NCBI RefSeq assembly: GCF_009914755.1 | Contig: NC_060937.1 | Direction: 5' to 3' (one strand) | Length of the DNA stretch: 64,000 bases | From: the human T2T-CHM13v2.0 reference genome, Homo sapiens | In this document: in pieces, positions 11,983 to 26,035 of the stretch | Layout of the letters: every line of letters starts with the position of its first letter | Position numbering within the stretch: position 1 is the stretch's first letter | Notes under the pieces: model-generated | The model's database searches: none | What the model was told of the DNA's origin: nothing | The model's input: the letters and a program-made list of their open reading frames with translations, nothing else | Position numbers and translations under genes: made by a program

Positions 11983-13323
11983 CTAAGGTAAAATTTGAGG
12001 ACTTTCCAACCTAAGTAATTGAGGGAAGAGTTATTAACCCAGTAGCAAATTCCTAAGGAGCTAAGCATTCCCAAGTTAAACTTGGATTGCACATATTTTC
12101 ACATATGCAAACATATACAACTTGAAGGAGGAGCTTCACCAGTGTTTCATCCTTGGAAAAGCCTTTATGTTCTGTTACGAGCCCAGGCTTCCACTAGGAA
12201 TTAGCCCACCAACTCCACTTAGTTACTATGTCACCTTGGTGTTATCTAAGACTAAATGAAAATTATGTTTTTGTTAATGTCTTCAAGTTTGCCCACCATC
12301 ACCATTTAAGGGAAAACTATAAAAGGGGCATTCTGAACACAATCATAACATTTTTTAGAATACTAGGCAATTCCAAAATAACTTAAAAAGAGGAAATAGA
12401 GAAACGATATTAGACACAAGTAGCAAATAGCACATAATAAATACATGATAAATAATAGCTACTAATATATTACTAACCTCTATTTTCCAGAGTCATCCAC
12501 GAATTCAGTCCCCTCCCAGTAACAGCTCAATAATGACCCTCATCCTGGACTCCTTAGGAGTATCTCTCCTCAGAGGAGGCTTGAACTTAAAGGAGGAGGA
12601 GGTCTCCAAGTCCAAGTTCTTACTTTGAGTATAATATTAAACAACAAAGGGTTCTTTCAAATATCAAATAAGATAAGAGAGGTGAAAAATAATTTATGGA
12701 CTAGAAATTAAGTTGTAATCTGTAGTTATATTTACAACGAGAAATTGAGTTTGAAAGTGCAACTCAAATGTTGTTATCATGAAGAAGGCTGTTATTTAAT
12801 TATTCTTAATAGATTTCAACTTAATTACACATACCTTTAGATGGGAATTCCCATATTCAGATCCACTTAATCTGAATTCTCAATTTTTTTTCTTCCCTTT
12901 TCTACATTTTGGAGATTTGATCTACTAGAGTTTATCTGAGGTCAGCAGAGATTTATCCCAATCTCTTTCATCTTTTACAGTTTTAAAATCAATTGTATCC
13001 TTTAATGCTACTATTCTGACACTAACCACTTCTTTAAAACAAAAAGGCAGAGTACTCTTAAGATTACTTATAAAGAAAAGAATATCGTGAACTTTTAGAA
13101 AGATTTTACAGTCCTGAAGTTGAAACAAAATATTTGTAGTTAACACTCAAAAGCAGAAAATTAAGTTGACTAATGTACTTTATTTATATAAAGTTGTATG
13201 TAGTCAAAAATTTTTAATATTGGGCTGTGACTAATGCCCACAGGAGAAAAAAAATTAGTTAATTGGTTGTGTGTGTACCTCAAATAAAAGCATGATTATG
13301 TACGAGTTTAAGAGACAACTTTT

Positions 13324-13711
<388 letters not shown>

Positions 13712-14069
13712 TTATATTTATAGGGCCAAATTCTGTTACTTAAGTAGTTTCCCGGGAAACAAAATGGAAAATTAAAGCATTTTTTGGCAGTAAAAATATT
13801 TCTCAACATTTAGAGATTAACACATCATTAGATACAATAATTTATTTATTAAATATTATATGTTACTTTGATTCATTATATTTATTACATGTTTTATAAC
13901 ATTTAATAACTAAATATCAAATAATTTGATTTGAATTTTCACTTATTCAATATAAATATGTATTATATATTTTAAAATATGTATTTTATATGTGTGCATA
14001 ATTTTTAAATATACATAAGGAGATGTCTGTGTGTGTGTGTGCATGTGTGTGTGTGTGCACGTACATTTA

Positions 14070-14215
14070 AAATGTGGTATTCAGGGACCAGTAGCAACTT
14101 CATCACCTGGAAGCTTGTTAGAAATGCAGAATCCCAGGCCCACCTCAGACCTACAGAATCAGGATTTGCATTTTAACGAGGTCCCAGGTGACTGTATGCA
14201 CATTAAAATTGGGAC
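14070..14215. mobile_element. MER5A DNA transposon remnant
   Basis: catcacctggaagcttgttagaaatgcagaatcccaggccc...tttgcattttaac. Confidence 0.75.
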
Positions 14216-14644
14216 ATATTGGCATATATTCTCATTACTACATAGAACAAATCAATTAATGATCACATTTTAAGAGCTGTCAATTAAATTGACATTAGTC
14301 ATAAGCTTGCTACCATTTCTTAACATTAGTACAAAATTTATAAAAGCAAGAAAATAGAAACAAAAATCTGTGGTATTTACAATACGTCTATAAGTAAGAT
14401 ATTTTAAGATTATAAATAAAAATGTGTCCCAACTTGTTCTACAATGTAAAATCTTTCTCTCTGGAATATAGACATGTATAAACTCCTAAAATAATAATCC
14501 TTGTAAGATGAACAGATGGCACCAGTGCTATAAATATTAGCCAAAAATTCACAAAATAAATATGCTCAAGAAAGTATTAAGACAACCATATATCATTTTT
14601 ACACATTTGTCAGTTTTCAACTGTGTTGCCTCAATATTAACAAT

Positions 14645-14825
14645 AATAATGATGTTAATAACTATAATTAACACCTTATGCATATTTCTATGTTGAGCAC
14701 TGCTCTACACACTACATAATACACTAATTTAACCCTCACCATAATCGTATGGGATGACACTATTATTATCCCCATTTTAGAACTGAAGAAACCGAGGCAC
14801 AGAAGGTTGAAGTAACTTGCCCGAG
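14645..14825 (-). mobile_element. MIR SINE
   Basis: attatccccattttagaactgaagaaaccgaggcacagaaggttgaagtaacttgccc. Confidence 0.8.
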
Positions 14826-17035
14826 TACGTTACTTTCATCAAGATAAATATAATTATTTAACTATTCCTACTAATTTATCATATTGTTCAATTGAAAGAA
14901 TTTACTTTTTAAGATATGTGATCAATTGCAAAAATGATTCTAATTCTTCATCCTCCTCCTCCCAACCAACGACCTTTGCCATGTAATTTGCAGCATTCTC
15001 TTACTTTGAACAAAGATAAAGCAAGTAGAGGCTTAACAAGTGCTTGTGCAGCTGGGATTGCCCTCCCTCATGCCTGGGCTACTCTCACTGGAGGAGAGAG
15101 AGAGTGGGGAGCAGAGCCAGGTTGATTCAATCAAAACTAACCTATTCCTAGAGGTGATCAAGTCCTGCCGAGATCTACAGAGCCACCTAGCCAAGGCCCA
15201 CTTGGTCTTAGTTTCACAAGCAATATGCATACGCTTATTGTTTTATGCCAGGTTTTGTGGTTGTTCATTATACAGTTGATAACTGATACATATAATTATC
15301 AATTTCACTGAATCACTCATTCAACTAGACATAGAAAATATGTATTTTATGCTGCTGATTTTTATCTACCTCTATACCTACAGATAAAAAAATATATAGA
15401 TGAAAGCAGTAAGGAATTATATAGCCTATCACCCTAGCAGAGGTGACACGTCTCTTAGAAGCAACAAATATAAGGAGCAAAAAGGTAAAGAAAAAGAAGC
15501 ATATTTTAAAAAGAGTTTTTAAGAAAGTACCAAAAAATTTATAGGTACTCAAAATGAATCTTTCCTCCTCTTCACGCAACCTGTATCCACCTTTTCCCCC
15601 TCACTGATCAATTAAAGAAACATTGAACAAAATAGAAATTGGGTTGGCTTCCCTGGATTGCCAATTATCCCCATAGGAAAAAAAAAAAAAAAGCTCATTG
15701 TTGTTATTAACTCCCCAGGAAGGGGTAGAATGGGATGAGGGTGTCATAGTGGGTGGTGGCATGAGTAAAAATTGAGCTCTAAGATCAAACATGTTTGGTC
15801 ATACATCAGCTTCTCAAAGGTACATTTCTTGGGCATGTGTAGGGTAATATACTAACTGTATAGAACATTGTCTAAAAGAAAAATGTAAAATGGATACTGC
15901 TTTACGTGAAAGAAATCAAACTGTACATATGTAACAAAATCAAGAGAAAGTGCTTCCATCAGTTTTTTAAACATTTCTGGATTATCTGAGTAAATAATGT
16001 CAACAGAGAACAAATATACACAGTAATATGCAAAACGTTTCTTTGTTTGACAAATACTCAGGCATCAAAGTAGAGATTAGTGATAGCTCAAAGCCAGATG
16101 GTCAGTTTCGCCTCATCCTCTATTTTAAGGACACTTCAGACTCAGTGATTTATACTTTCATTGTAACACAAATATCACATTAAGCCAAATATATATATGT
16201 ATGTGTATTGTTATGTGTGTATACATAAGTGTATATATACATAACTATATCAATGAACATTTGAATATTTTAGAAATAGGGTTATCTTATTCAAAAGAGA
16301 AATAATAAAATATACATTCTTCATAGAAGTATGATCAAGGAACTTGTGCCTGTCTATAGATTTTATTTCCCCTCTGCAATAAAGCAAGTACAGAAATTAT
16401 GTGAAAACATTTATAAACTTCTATAGAAATTTAACAGAATGTTTTTTATATTTGTTGAATATAACAATAAAATCTCTGGGCTTTTATTTTGTATATTTTT
16501 ACGTTTCCTATTAATTGAATTTTATTGTATTTTATGATATTATCTTTCTACAAAAACTGGCAATTAATAAAAGTACTGTCCTTCACCACATGCAGTCTGA
16601 TGGCCACTGCTCTATTATACATGGGTTTGGATATGAATGTACATCCAATTAAAGGAGAGCTAAGGTGAGAATTGGTGATGGTTAATATTTATTTACTTAT
16701 CGGTATGAGGCAACCAGTATGCTAAAGGCTTTGCATACATTACCTCATTGCATTCCTTTTAACAGAATACAATGCTGCAGGTGAATATCTTGATGAGAGT
16801 TTGTACAGTTAGTAAGTGGCGAAGCAGGTTCTAATGCCAACCTGAGTCTACAGCCTTAGCTCTAAATCACTAATTATACCAGTTCTCAAAACAATACAGT
16901 TCTAAAAGGAAATCAAAGAGGGAAATGTGGCTTAACAACAGCAATGGCAACCACAAGATTTTTTAAGATTATTCAATTTGTTTAGATAAATTATTTCTAA
17001 AAGTTATCAGTCTTAGCAACTATTCTATTTTTTAA

Positions 17036-17362
<327 letters not shown>

Positions 17363-19140
17363 CTCTATTTTTTAATCTTATTTCATTATTTTAGCCTTAT
17401 GTTTTATAAGCATTGGGTTGGGAGTAGGATATGACCTGGTGTGGACGGCCTACTTGATCTAGATTTGTTAGATATTACTAATACCAAAAATAGAGGAAAG
17501 ATAAAGGGAGGCATAATTTAAGAAATTACTTTGTAATTAAGAGACCCCAAGAATCTGGAAAAAGACAACAAATACCTGTGTTCTTAGTAATAACGGTTTT
17601 AATGGTGGCGATTATCATGGGAGTGGAGGTGAAGGAAGATGCAAGAAAGATACTCCTGAGTGGAACAAATGTTATGGAAAATATTTAGTTCTTTTATGTC
17701 CAACGAAAAAGTGATATGATCACAGTTTTAATTTACTCCAACAGAATTTTTGTTAGCCAGAACAAGAATAGAATTTGCTGTGCAAAAAATGAAGTATTTT
17801 AGTTTATGTAGTTAGGAGATATCAATTTTGTGTCTTGCTATATCCTACCAAAATCTAGTCTGGTTACTTTATCTTCCTTTATCAATATTTTCTTTCATTT
17901 CCTTGTACTTCTCTGCCCATTCTGTCTTGAATAATTGAATACAAAATGACATATTTTGGAAAAAAACCAAATTTGTGATTTTTACTCTGCTGGAGTCTAT
18001 GAATAAAAATCCAGTTGTTTTCATCACATTTTTCCTACCCTTAACTATTTGAATTGTATTTTAATAATATTCTTGCAATTCCATACGCTTCTCTCCTTAG
18101 GCCTATGTGTACATGCATATACAAGATTTTTCTACTTTTTTCTCTTTCAACCACATTTTAAATTAGACCTTTATATCAAACATTTTAATATTAAGCATAT
18201 GTGTTGTAAACTTTTCCTAATAAGAATGTACCCCATCAAAACCACTTATTTATATAAATAGAAATGAAACAAAAGGATCAAAAATACCTGTTTAGCCAAC
18301 CTTTAAAATGAAAGCTTTCATAGAAAAATGGAGGAAATATAAGCAGGTTCTACAATTCTCCTAAAAGACCATATTCTTCAAATAATAATAATTTCTGATT
18401 GAGCTTTTTGATTTTCAAAGACTATTCTTGTATACTAAATTTGATACAATAATGCTGTGAAAGATGCTTTAAGAAGAAAAACAGCACCATCTCCATGTCA
18501 TAGATGATGATTTTGTGTCTTAGAGGACATAATAGATTAAGAAGCATTTATTTCTACCAATTTGATATTTCACCTACATCATGCTGCTATTTAGTAAATA
18601 TTTATTAATAATTACAATGTTGAAAATACAAAACAGATAAAAGGGGTTTAATTTTTTCCCCAGGGCACCAAATAAATCATCTTACTGGGATATGAGGAAA
18701 TTAAGCATCTGATAAGAATCAGCAACACTGAATTTGTGGAATACAAAGGAAGCCCACATAGTTCTGAAATGCAATGCTGAGGATTATTTTCTCTTGGTTT
18801 TGCTTTATTAGCCGGGAACACATCGGCCATGAGTCCCCAGATTCTGGCAACAACTTGTTTGATAATTCCAAAGGTTAACACAAAAGGACAAACATGAAAC
18901 ACTGAAGAGGGAGGCCAGGAAAGCAAGAAAAGAGGCAATACCTTCTGGGGAAAGAGAGACCCTGAGGAGGGGAGAATGTCAACCTGTGGGTTAAATAACT
19001 CTAACTAGATAAAGCTGGAGCTGTGAAAGTTCACCATGCTATAGATTTTGTCCTCTAAAAATCAGCAGTGAATTTTCATTTTATATTATGAAATGTTATA
19101 GAAATTAATGAATTATATTGTCTTACTTTCCAGGTTGTTA

Positions 19141-19485
19141 GTTGAAAGTGTGAGACTATAAAGTGGGAAGAATCATAATATTTGTAATTGGTATATATAT
19201 ATATACCCACACACACACACACATACACCAATTGCAGTGTGTGTGTATATACCAATTGGTATATATATATATGTATATGTATATATTGTATGTGTGTGTG
19301 TGTATATATATATATGCCAATTGGTGTGTTTATATGTGTGTGTGTGTATATCTATCTATATATATATATAGGTGTGTGTGTACCAATTACAAAGATGATT
19401 CTTCCCACCTCATAGTCTCATACTTTAACAGTATATATATATATATATATACATGTATATATATATATATATACCATTACAAATA
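19141..19485. repeat. Inverted repeat (~50-bp arms) enclosing a compound (TA)/(CA)/(TG) microsatellite
   Basis: 19141-19193 is the imperfect reverse complement of 19381-19429; ccaatt motifs recur inside. Confidence 0.88.
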
Positions 19486-19589
19486 CTAAAATTGGTCTAC
19501 CAGATATTAAATAACAAATTAAAATTTTTGAGTACTGTGAACACATGGAAACAAATTTCCATTTATTCTTTACTTAATGATGTCTAAAA

Positions 19590-20960
19590 TTCATGCATTC
19601 ATTTATTCAGTAAATATTTAGTGAGATCCTAGTATTTAGCCATCACTGTTCTTGATCTTGAGAAGTTAGAATAAGCAAAAGTTGACATAGTTTACCATTT
19701 TTTGAAGTGTACAGTCTAATGAGAGACAAATGTTTACACTAATGATCGTATTATTACAAATTAAGAAAGGTTCTTATAAGAAAAGGAATGATTTCTATGA
19801 GATCACATAGATAAATCTGGCCTAGCTTGGGTGGTAAGGAAAAGCATTGAATTCTGAACTGAGATCTGAAACACCAGTATGAGTTAACTAGACTAAGAGC
19901 AGCGTGAAGAATATTCCTGGAAAGGGTGATATAATATACAAAGACCCTGGGGCAGGAGGAGAGACAAGGCATTTGAATGAAAAAGAGAAAACAACGAAAT
20001 CAGAATGCAGAATGTGAACACACAGCAGTAGGATTTGGGATTTGGGTATTAGGCATGAGTGAAACCAGTGGTCACATTAAGGGTGAGGGAAGAGAGAGAC
20101 GCTCTCATATTGTTTTATACTCAGTACCTGTTTTAAGAAAAAAAGAAAAAACAACAAGGAAGTAAAACCAAAGACAGGCAGCCCAGCGCCAGGCCTGAAA
20201 CCAGGCCTGGGCCTGCCTGGCCTAAACCCAGTAGTTAAAAATCAACTTAGAACCCTATGCCTGGCCTAAACTCAGTAGTTAAAAATCAACTTAGAACCCG
20301 ATGTTACCCATAGATTTCAGGCATTGTATAAAAGAACATTGTGAAACTCCCTGCTCTGTTCTGTTTCACTCTGACTACCAGGGCATGAAACCCCTGTCAC
20401 GTATCCCCTAGATTGCTCAATCAATCACAACCCTTTCAGGTGAAATCTTTAGTGTTGTGAGCCCTTCAACGGGACAGAAATTTTGCAATCGGGGAGCTCA
20501 GATTTTGAGGCAGTAGCTTGCCGATGTTCCCAGCTGAATAAAGCCCTTCCTTCTACAACTCAATGTCTGAGAGGTTTTGTCTGCGGCTCATTCTGCTACA
20601 AGGGTTTTCATCGTTCTCTAAAAGCAATGGGAAGACATTAGAAGTTTTAAGCAGGAACATGTCACACTCAGATACAAATTTGGAAAGGCTAGTCTGGCCA
20701 AAATGTGAAGCCTAAAAGAGAGCCAATTTGGATATAAGAATTCTGGTTTGTCCATTATAGTACCAGAAAGAAAAAAACATAACAGTTGTGTGGGCCAAGG
20801 CATTGGCAATGGAGGTGGACAAAACATGGCTGATTGGAGAAATATTTAGGAGGTCAGAAGGTCAGCACTATGTAATTGTATATGGCAGCTGAGGGAACAG
20901 AGTGTCAAGCAGTGTGCAGGTTTCTAGCCTGTGGAACTGGATGACATTTTGTCCATGTTC
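19590..20960 (-). mobile_element. Old L2 fragment interrupted by a solo LTR
   Basis: L2 3' end attcatttattcagtaaatattta and body motifs (aagcaatgggaagacattagaagttttaagcagg) on both sides of the LTR. Confidence 0.65.
20084..20600 (+). mobile_element. Solo LTR of the HERV-E/Harlequin LTR2 family (LTR2B-like)
   Basis: TG...CA termini (tgagggaagagagagac...ctgctaca), 4-bp TSD aggg (20080-20083; 20601-20604), AATAAA at 20537-20542. Confidence 0.88.
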
Positions 20961-21238
20961 ATTGGTGCTTCTGAAAGGTCAAATATTGCAGTTTTGTATT
21001 CTTGGGCAAAAAAAAAGCGTAAGAGTATAACATAAGTTTCCAGAGTGCTTTCTGTCCTTTTACAGAATATCATTTCAAATATCTATAGGGTAATTTTCCA
21101 CAATGTTGCATGTTTAAGTTTTTCCTTAGTAACCTGTTTTTTATTTTTATTTTTTGGTGGGTATGTCTTTTTTTCAGTACCAAATTACTTCAGAAATCTT
21201 CATGCATTCCTATAACAAAGACAAACCACATATTGTTA

Positions 21239-21731
<493 letters not shown>

Positions 21732-22381
21732 CTATCAGCTTACTAATGGTGAGCAGTAAACAGAAATGTTATTTCCATAGGAAACCATTATATTCCCAGT
21801 CAGTGAATCCATTAAACATCAGTAAAAGACCAAAAAAACCCTGCTGAAGTAAAATTCTTAACTTTTTCAGGATAATATATGAGATATGGTTCTTACTGAT
21901 GTCAACGGCAAATCCACCATTTACAAATTCATCTAAACCTTTAAAAATAGTTGTTATGCTCACATTTTATTACAGTAAAAAAAAAAAAAAAGAATTCCAT
22001 CAGAGTACTTCCCTGCCTTTTATTATTCTATATACTTTGATTCTATTCTTGGCACATTTAGCTTTCCAAATTAAATTGTGTAAACTTTCAGATCTGGTTT
22101 CATAGATTAGTTCTTCTATTCACTTGGTCAGTCCAGTTTGCTGCTGCAACTAAAAAGGCCAACTAAAAGGTGGGCCCCCTAAGGAGAAAAATTGAAAGTA
22201 AATTAGCAAGTATTAGCACACCTTTTTACATAGCTGCCCTGAGCCTGTCCCTAGGGGAATGAGTGGTCCCTGAAGCACTACACTTTTAAGGATAATAGAA
22301 AAATGCAGAGAAAGAAAACTAAATCAGGTGAGGGGTCAGGAAGTGGCTAGAGTTAGAGATCAATAAATATGAATGTAGTTG

Positions 22382-22671
22382 TCCCCTAACCCCCATCAGG
22401 CCCCAGTGTGTGATGTTCCCCTCCCTGTGTCCATGTGTTCTCATTATTCAACTCCCACTTATGAGTGAGAACATGTGGTGTTTGGTTTTCTCTTCCTGTG
22501 TTAGTTTGCTGAGAATCTAGCTTCATCCATGTAATTAGGACAAATACCTGATGCATGCAGGGCTTAAAACCTAGATGACTGGTTGGTAGGTGCATCAAAC
22601 CACCATGGCACATGTATACCTATGTAACAAACCTGCACGTTCTGCACATGTATCCCAGAACTAAAAATAAA
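22382..22671 (+). mobile_element. Short L1PA (about L1PA7-8) 3' end with 5' inversion
   Basis: 22382-22532 is L1 3' sequence on the minus strand; 22533-22671 is the adjoining L1 terminus on the plus strand. Confidence 0.85.
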
Positions 22672-23005
22672 TGAATGCTGTTACATTAAAGTCATCAAGA
22701 ATGAATGAACAAGAAGAGAAAGTTACAGATGAAAAACCAGTGATTATTGAGGATGGTTAACCCTAAGCATAGTGCAGACATTAAGATTAAAGATTTAGAA
22801 AATAAAAAGATTGAAGATTTAGAAACTAAACAGACCTGGATTTGCTTCCCACCCCAGCATCTTACTAACAACTGTCTTGGAAACATCACTTCACCTTCAA
22901 AATAAAATATTTACCTCTATGGAATTATTGAATTTCATGAGGATTGGCAGTTTTTGGTGCAAAGTGTGCCCTCAATAAATGTTAGCCATAGTTATGATTA
23001 AAAGA

Positions 23006-23606
23006 TGTGAAAGAAAAATAAATCTCAGGACCCCAAAATCACTAAGTCAAAGGGAAGAGTCAAGCTGGGAAATGCATTGGGCAAAGCTGCCTCCCATTCT
23101 ATTCCTAAATAAGATAGTTACAAAGATAAAAAAGCTACATACCTCCCTCGCAATTTGTCCACAAGGAAATTCCTTGTGGACAGGCCGAACTCAAAGTCAT
23201 CCCTCTGTTCACATGAGACAAATCCATGTCTAATTGCTTCCTCTGCCCCATTGTTCCACTAAAGCAGATGAAGACATAAGTGACTATTTCTGTAAATTGT
23301 GCATTCACTGAAAGGCTAATCAGAAACTCAAAAGAATGCAATCATATTTCTCTTATCTACCTATGACCTGGAAGTCCCCTCCCTGCTTCAAGTTGTCCCG
23401 CCTTTCCAGGCTGAACCAATGTGCGTCATACATACATTGATTGATGTCTCATGTAGCCCTAAAATGTATAAAACCAAGTTTTGCCCCAACCTTCTTGGGC
23501 ACATGTTGTCAGTACCTCCCGAGGCTGTCACAGGCATATCTTTAACCTTGGAAAAATATACTTTCTAAATTGATTGAGACCTGTCTCAGATACCTTTTGG
23601 TTTACA
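23006..23606 (+). mobile_element. MER4A1-like solo LTR (ERV1)
   Basis: Starts tgtgaaagaaaaataaatctcaggaccccaaaatcactaag, ends gagacctgtctcagataccttttggtttaca; imperfect 4-bp TSD aaga/gaga. Confidence 0.85.
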
Positions 23607-25540
23607 GAGACTAAGAATGAAGAGATCTGTAATACTGTCTGGCAGAATTCATATAACTGTGAGGCAGATCAATAAAATGAATTCAGATCTGTTTACCAAT
23701 TGTGGAATTCTACAAATGGGAACATAAGCTTGTTGTTTAAGGAGGAAAATTTAAGGCTTTTTAATTAATTAATTTATTTATTTTGCTTTATTGGAAGATG
23801 CTATGAATGGAACCATCATCAAAACATTGTTATCTGTGATTGTCTAATTTGTAACAAAATATTAATAAAAACTGAATGAGGGTGAATCCCTCTTCTTTGA
23901 AGAACTGATAAAGAAGGCAAGTGTCACTTGAAAATCATTTAGAAATTATTTTTCTCTTGCCTTCACACTGTCAGTGATAGAATGTTCAGATAAAGAAACA
24001 TATACAACGAAGCAATGTCTATGCTCTGTCTATATTTAAGTTTGATGTTCTTTTGAAAGAGAAAATAAATATTGAACATATTCACATCTGTAGATATTTT
24101 TACCATAAGCTTATTTCAAAGATTTAAGATATTCATCCATTTTCTTAAAAACTGAACCATATTTAAAGAGGGTTTACAAATCAGGTATATATACATATAT
24201 AATTGCATCAAGTATTTAAAAGCTAGAGCACTCTATTTGAATATAGTATTTAACCTCAAAATTGTTTACAAATATACTGCACATGTTTTAGGAAATTAGA
24301 ATAGAAACCAAAATAAAAGTTCCAAAATAAGAGTTAAGGATCCTAAGGAAATGCAGCATTGTAAAATTGAGATGATTCTGTGAGCAACCCCTCACCATGT
24401 TCCCATGACCACTAAAATGGCTGAGGATTAATTCAGTAACATTTGCAACCTTTGTATCTTACTAAGGTATTAAAATGCACACTAGGAATATAAACTTCTG
24501 CCTTTATGCTTTGATTGGGAGCTTGTGGGTGATTTTTTTATTGTATATGTTGAAAGTAGCATGCTAGAGCCTGGCCATAAATCCTTATAAAAATCCTACA
24601 GATCTACATCCAGTGAGACTTTACCTATTTCAGGGCTGTTACCACCTAATTCAGGGCTGCTACATGTATGTCATACAACTCTCGGGGACAAAGTCACAAT
24701 TCCTGACCTTCTGGCTTATGTAGTTTCCCCATCTCCCTCCTCAACATCCAGAAATCACTATTCATCTTATTTTTGTGAGTTACATTTTTTTCATTTTAGC
24801 AGAATGCATTATATTCAATTAGAGTGGGGACTTTGTCAGTCACCTTTGCAAGTGAGTCTCCAGTGTCCAGAATAATGCACAGTAGATGATTAATAAACAC
24901 GTATTAAATGAGTGAATGAATGAATAAGTAAGTGGTTTTAAAAAATGTTCTCTCTGAGCATCCAGGATTGTATGTGGGGGAATACAGCCTAAAAGAAATA
25001 GCTTTTAAATCTAAGAGCTAGGGGATGTAAATATTCCCATTGTATACTTGTAAGATCTAGAGCTGAAAAACAAAAACAAACGTGTCATTTTTATTAAGAA
25101 TTGATGCTTTAAATAGTTTATTTCATTTTACTTATTAACACATGCGTGTATGTTCATTCGGTTAGCATTTATTGAGTGGCTACCTTGTGCTAGACTCTCT
25201 TCTAGGTGTTTGGGGTTCATGAATAATCAAAATAAGTTGGATCCCCTGCCCTCAAAGACCTTATATTTCAGTAGTGAGAAAAAGAAGGCACCAAACATCA
25301 AATAAATGTTTGAACACTAGTATGTGGTCAGAATTATGACTAGAATGGCAGAAATGACAAAGAATCATATGCCGCTCCTGATTCTGTAGGGGTTCATTTT
25401 ATTTGGGAGAAAATTAATATGTAAGAACTTAAATAATAAGAATGTAACTAAATGATTATTCATGTCTTTTCTTGTTGGCTGGGTGAACTACATAGCACAC
25501 TTATTCTGCGAGTGCTTTAGTAAGGATATATATACACGTT

Positions 25541-26035
25541 TTATTTAATAGAGAAGTTTTAAATTCACAGAAAAATTGAGCAGAGTACAGAGAATTCCCA
25601 TATACCCACTGCCCCATGCCTAACTCCTCCCCATTATCAGCGTCCTGCACTAGAGTGGTATACTTGTTGCAATCAATGAACCTACATTGGCACATTATCA
25701 TCACTCAAAGTACATACTTTACATTAGGGTTCACTTTGGGTGCTGTACATTCTATGGGTTTTGTCAAATGTATAAAGTCACGCATTACTATTATAGTATC
25801 ACAAAGAACAATTTCATTGCCTAAAAAATATCTGTGTCCCACACATTCATCAATTCCTCCCTTCTAATTTAATCCCTGGTAATCAGTAATCTTTTTACTG
25901 TCTCCATAATTTTGCCTTTTCCAGAATGTCATATAGTTGAAATCATACAGTATGTAGTCTTTACAAGTAGGTCTATTTAACTTAGCAATATGCATTTAAG
26001 CTCCCTTCATCTCTTTTCATGGCTTGATAGCTCAT
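25541..26035 (-). mobile_element. L1MC-type 3' end
   Basis: Reverse-complement similarity to 31240-31720 and 49980-50470; typical L1MC 3'UTR motifs. Confidence 0.8.

Noticed and set aside
19163-19489. Tyr/Ile/Val/Cys-rich ORFs
   Set aside because: Translation of dinucleotide repeats.
24790-25275. Tail-to-tail L2 3' ends resembling the origin of miR-28/miR-151
   Set aside because: The ends are about 220 nt apart and too diverged to form a pre-miRNA hairpin.
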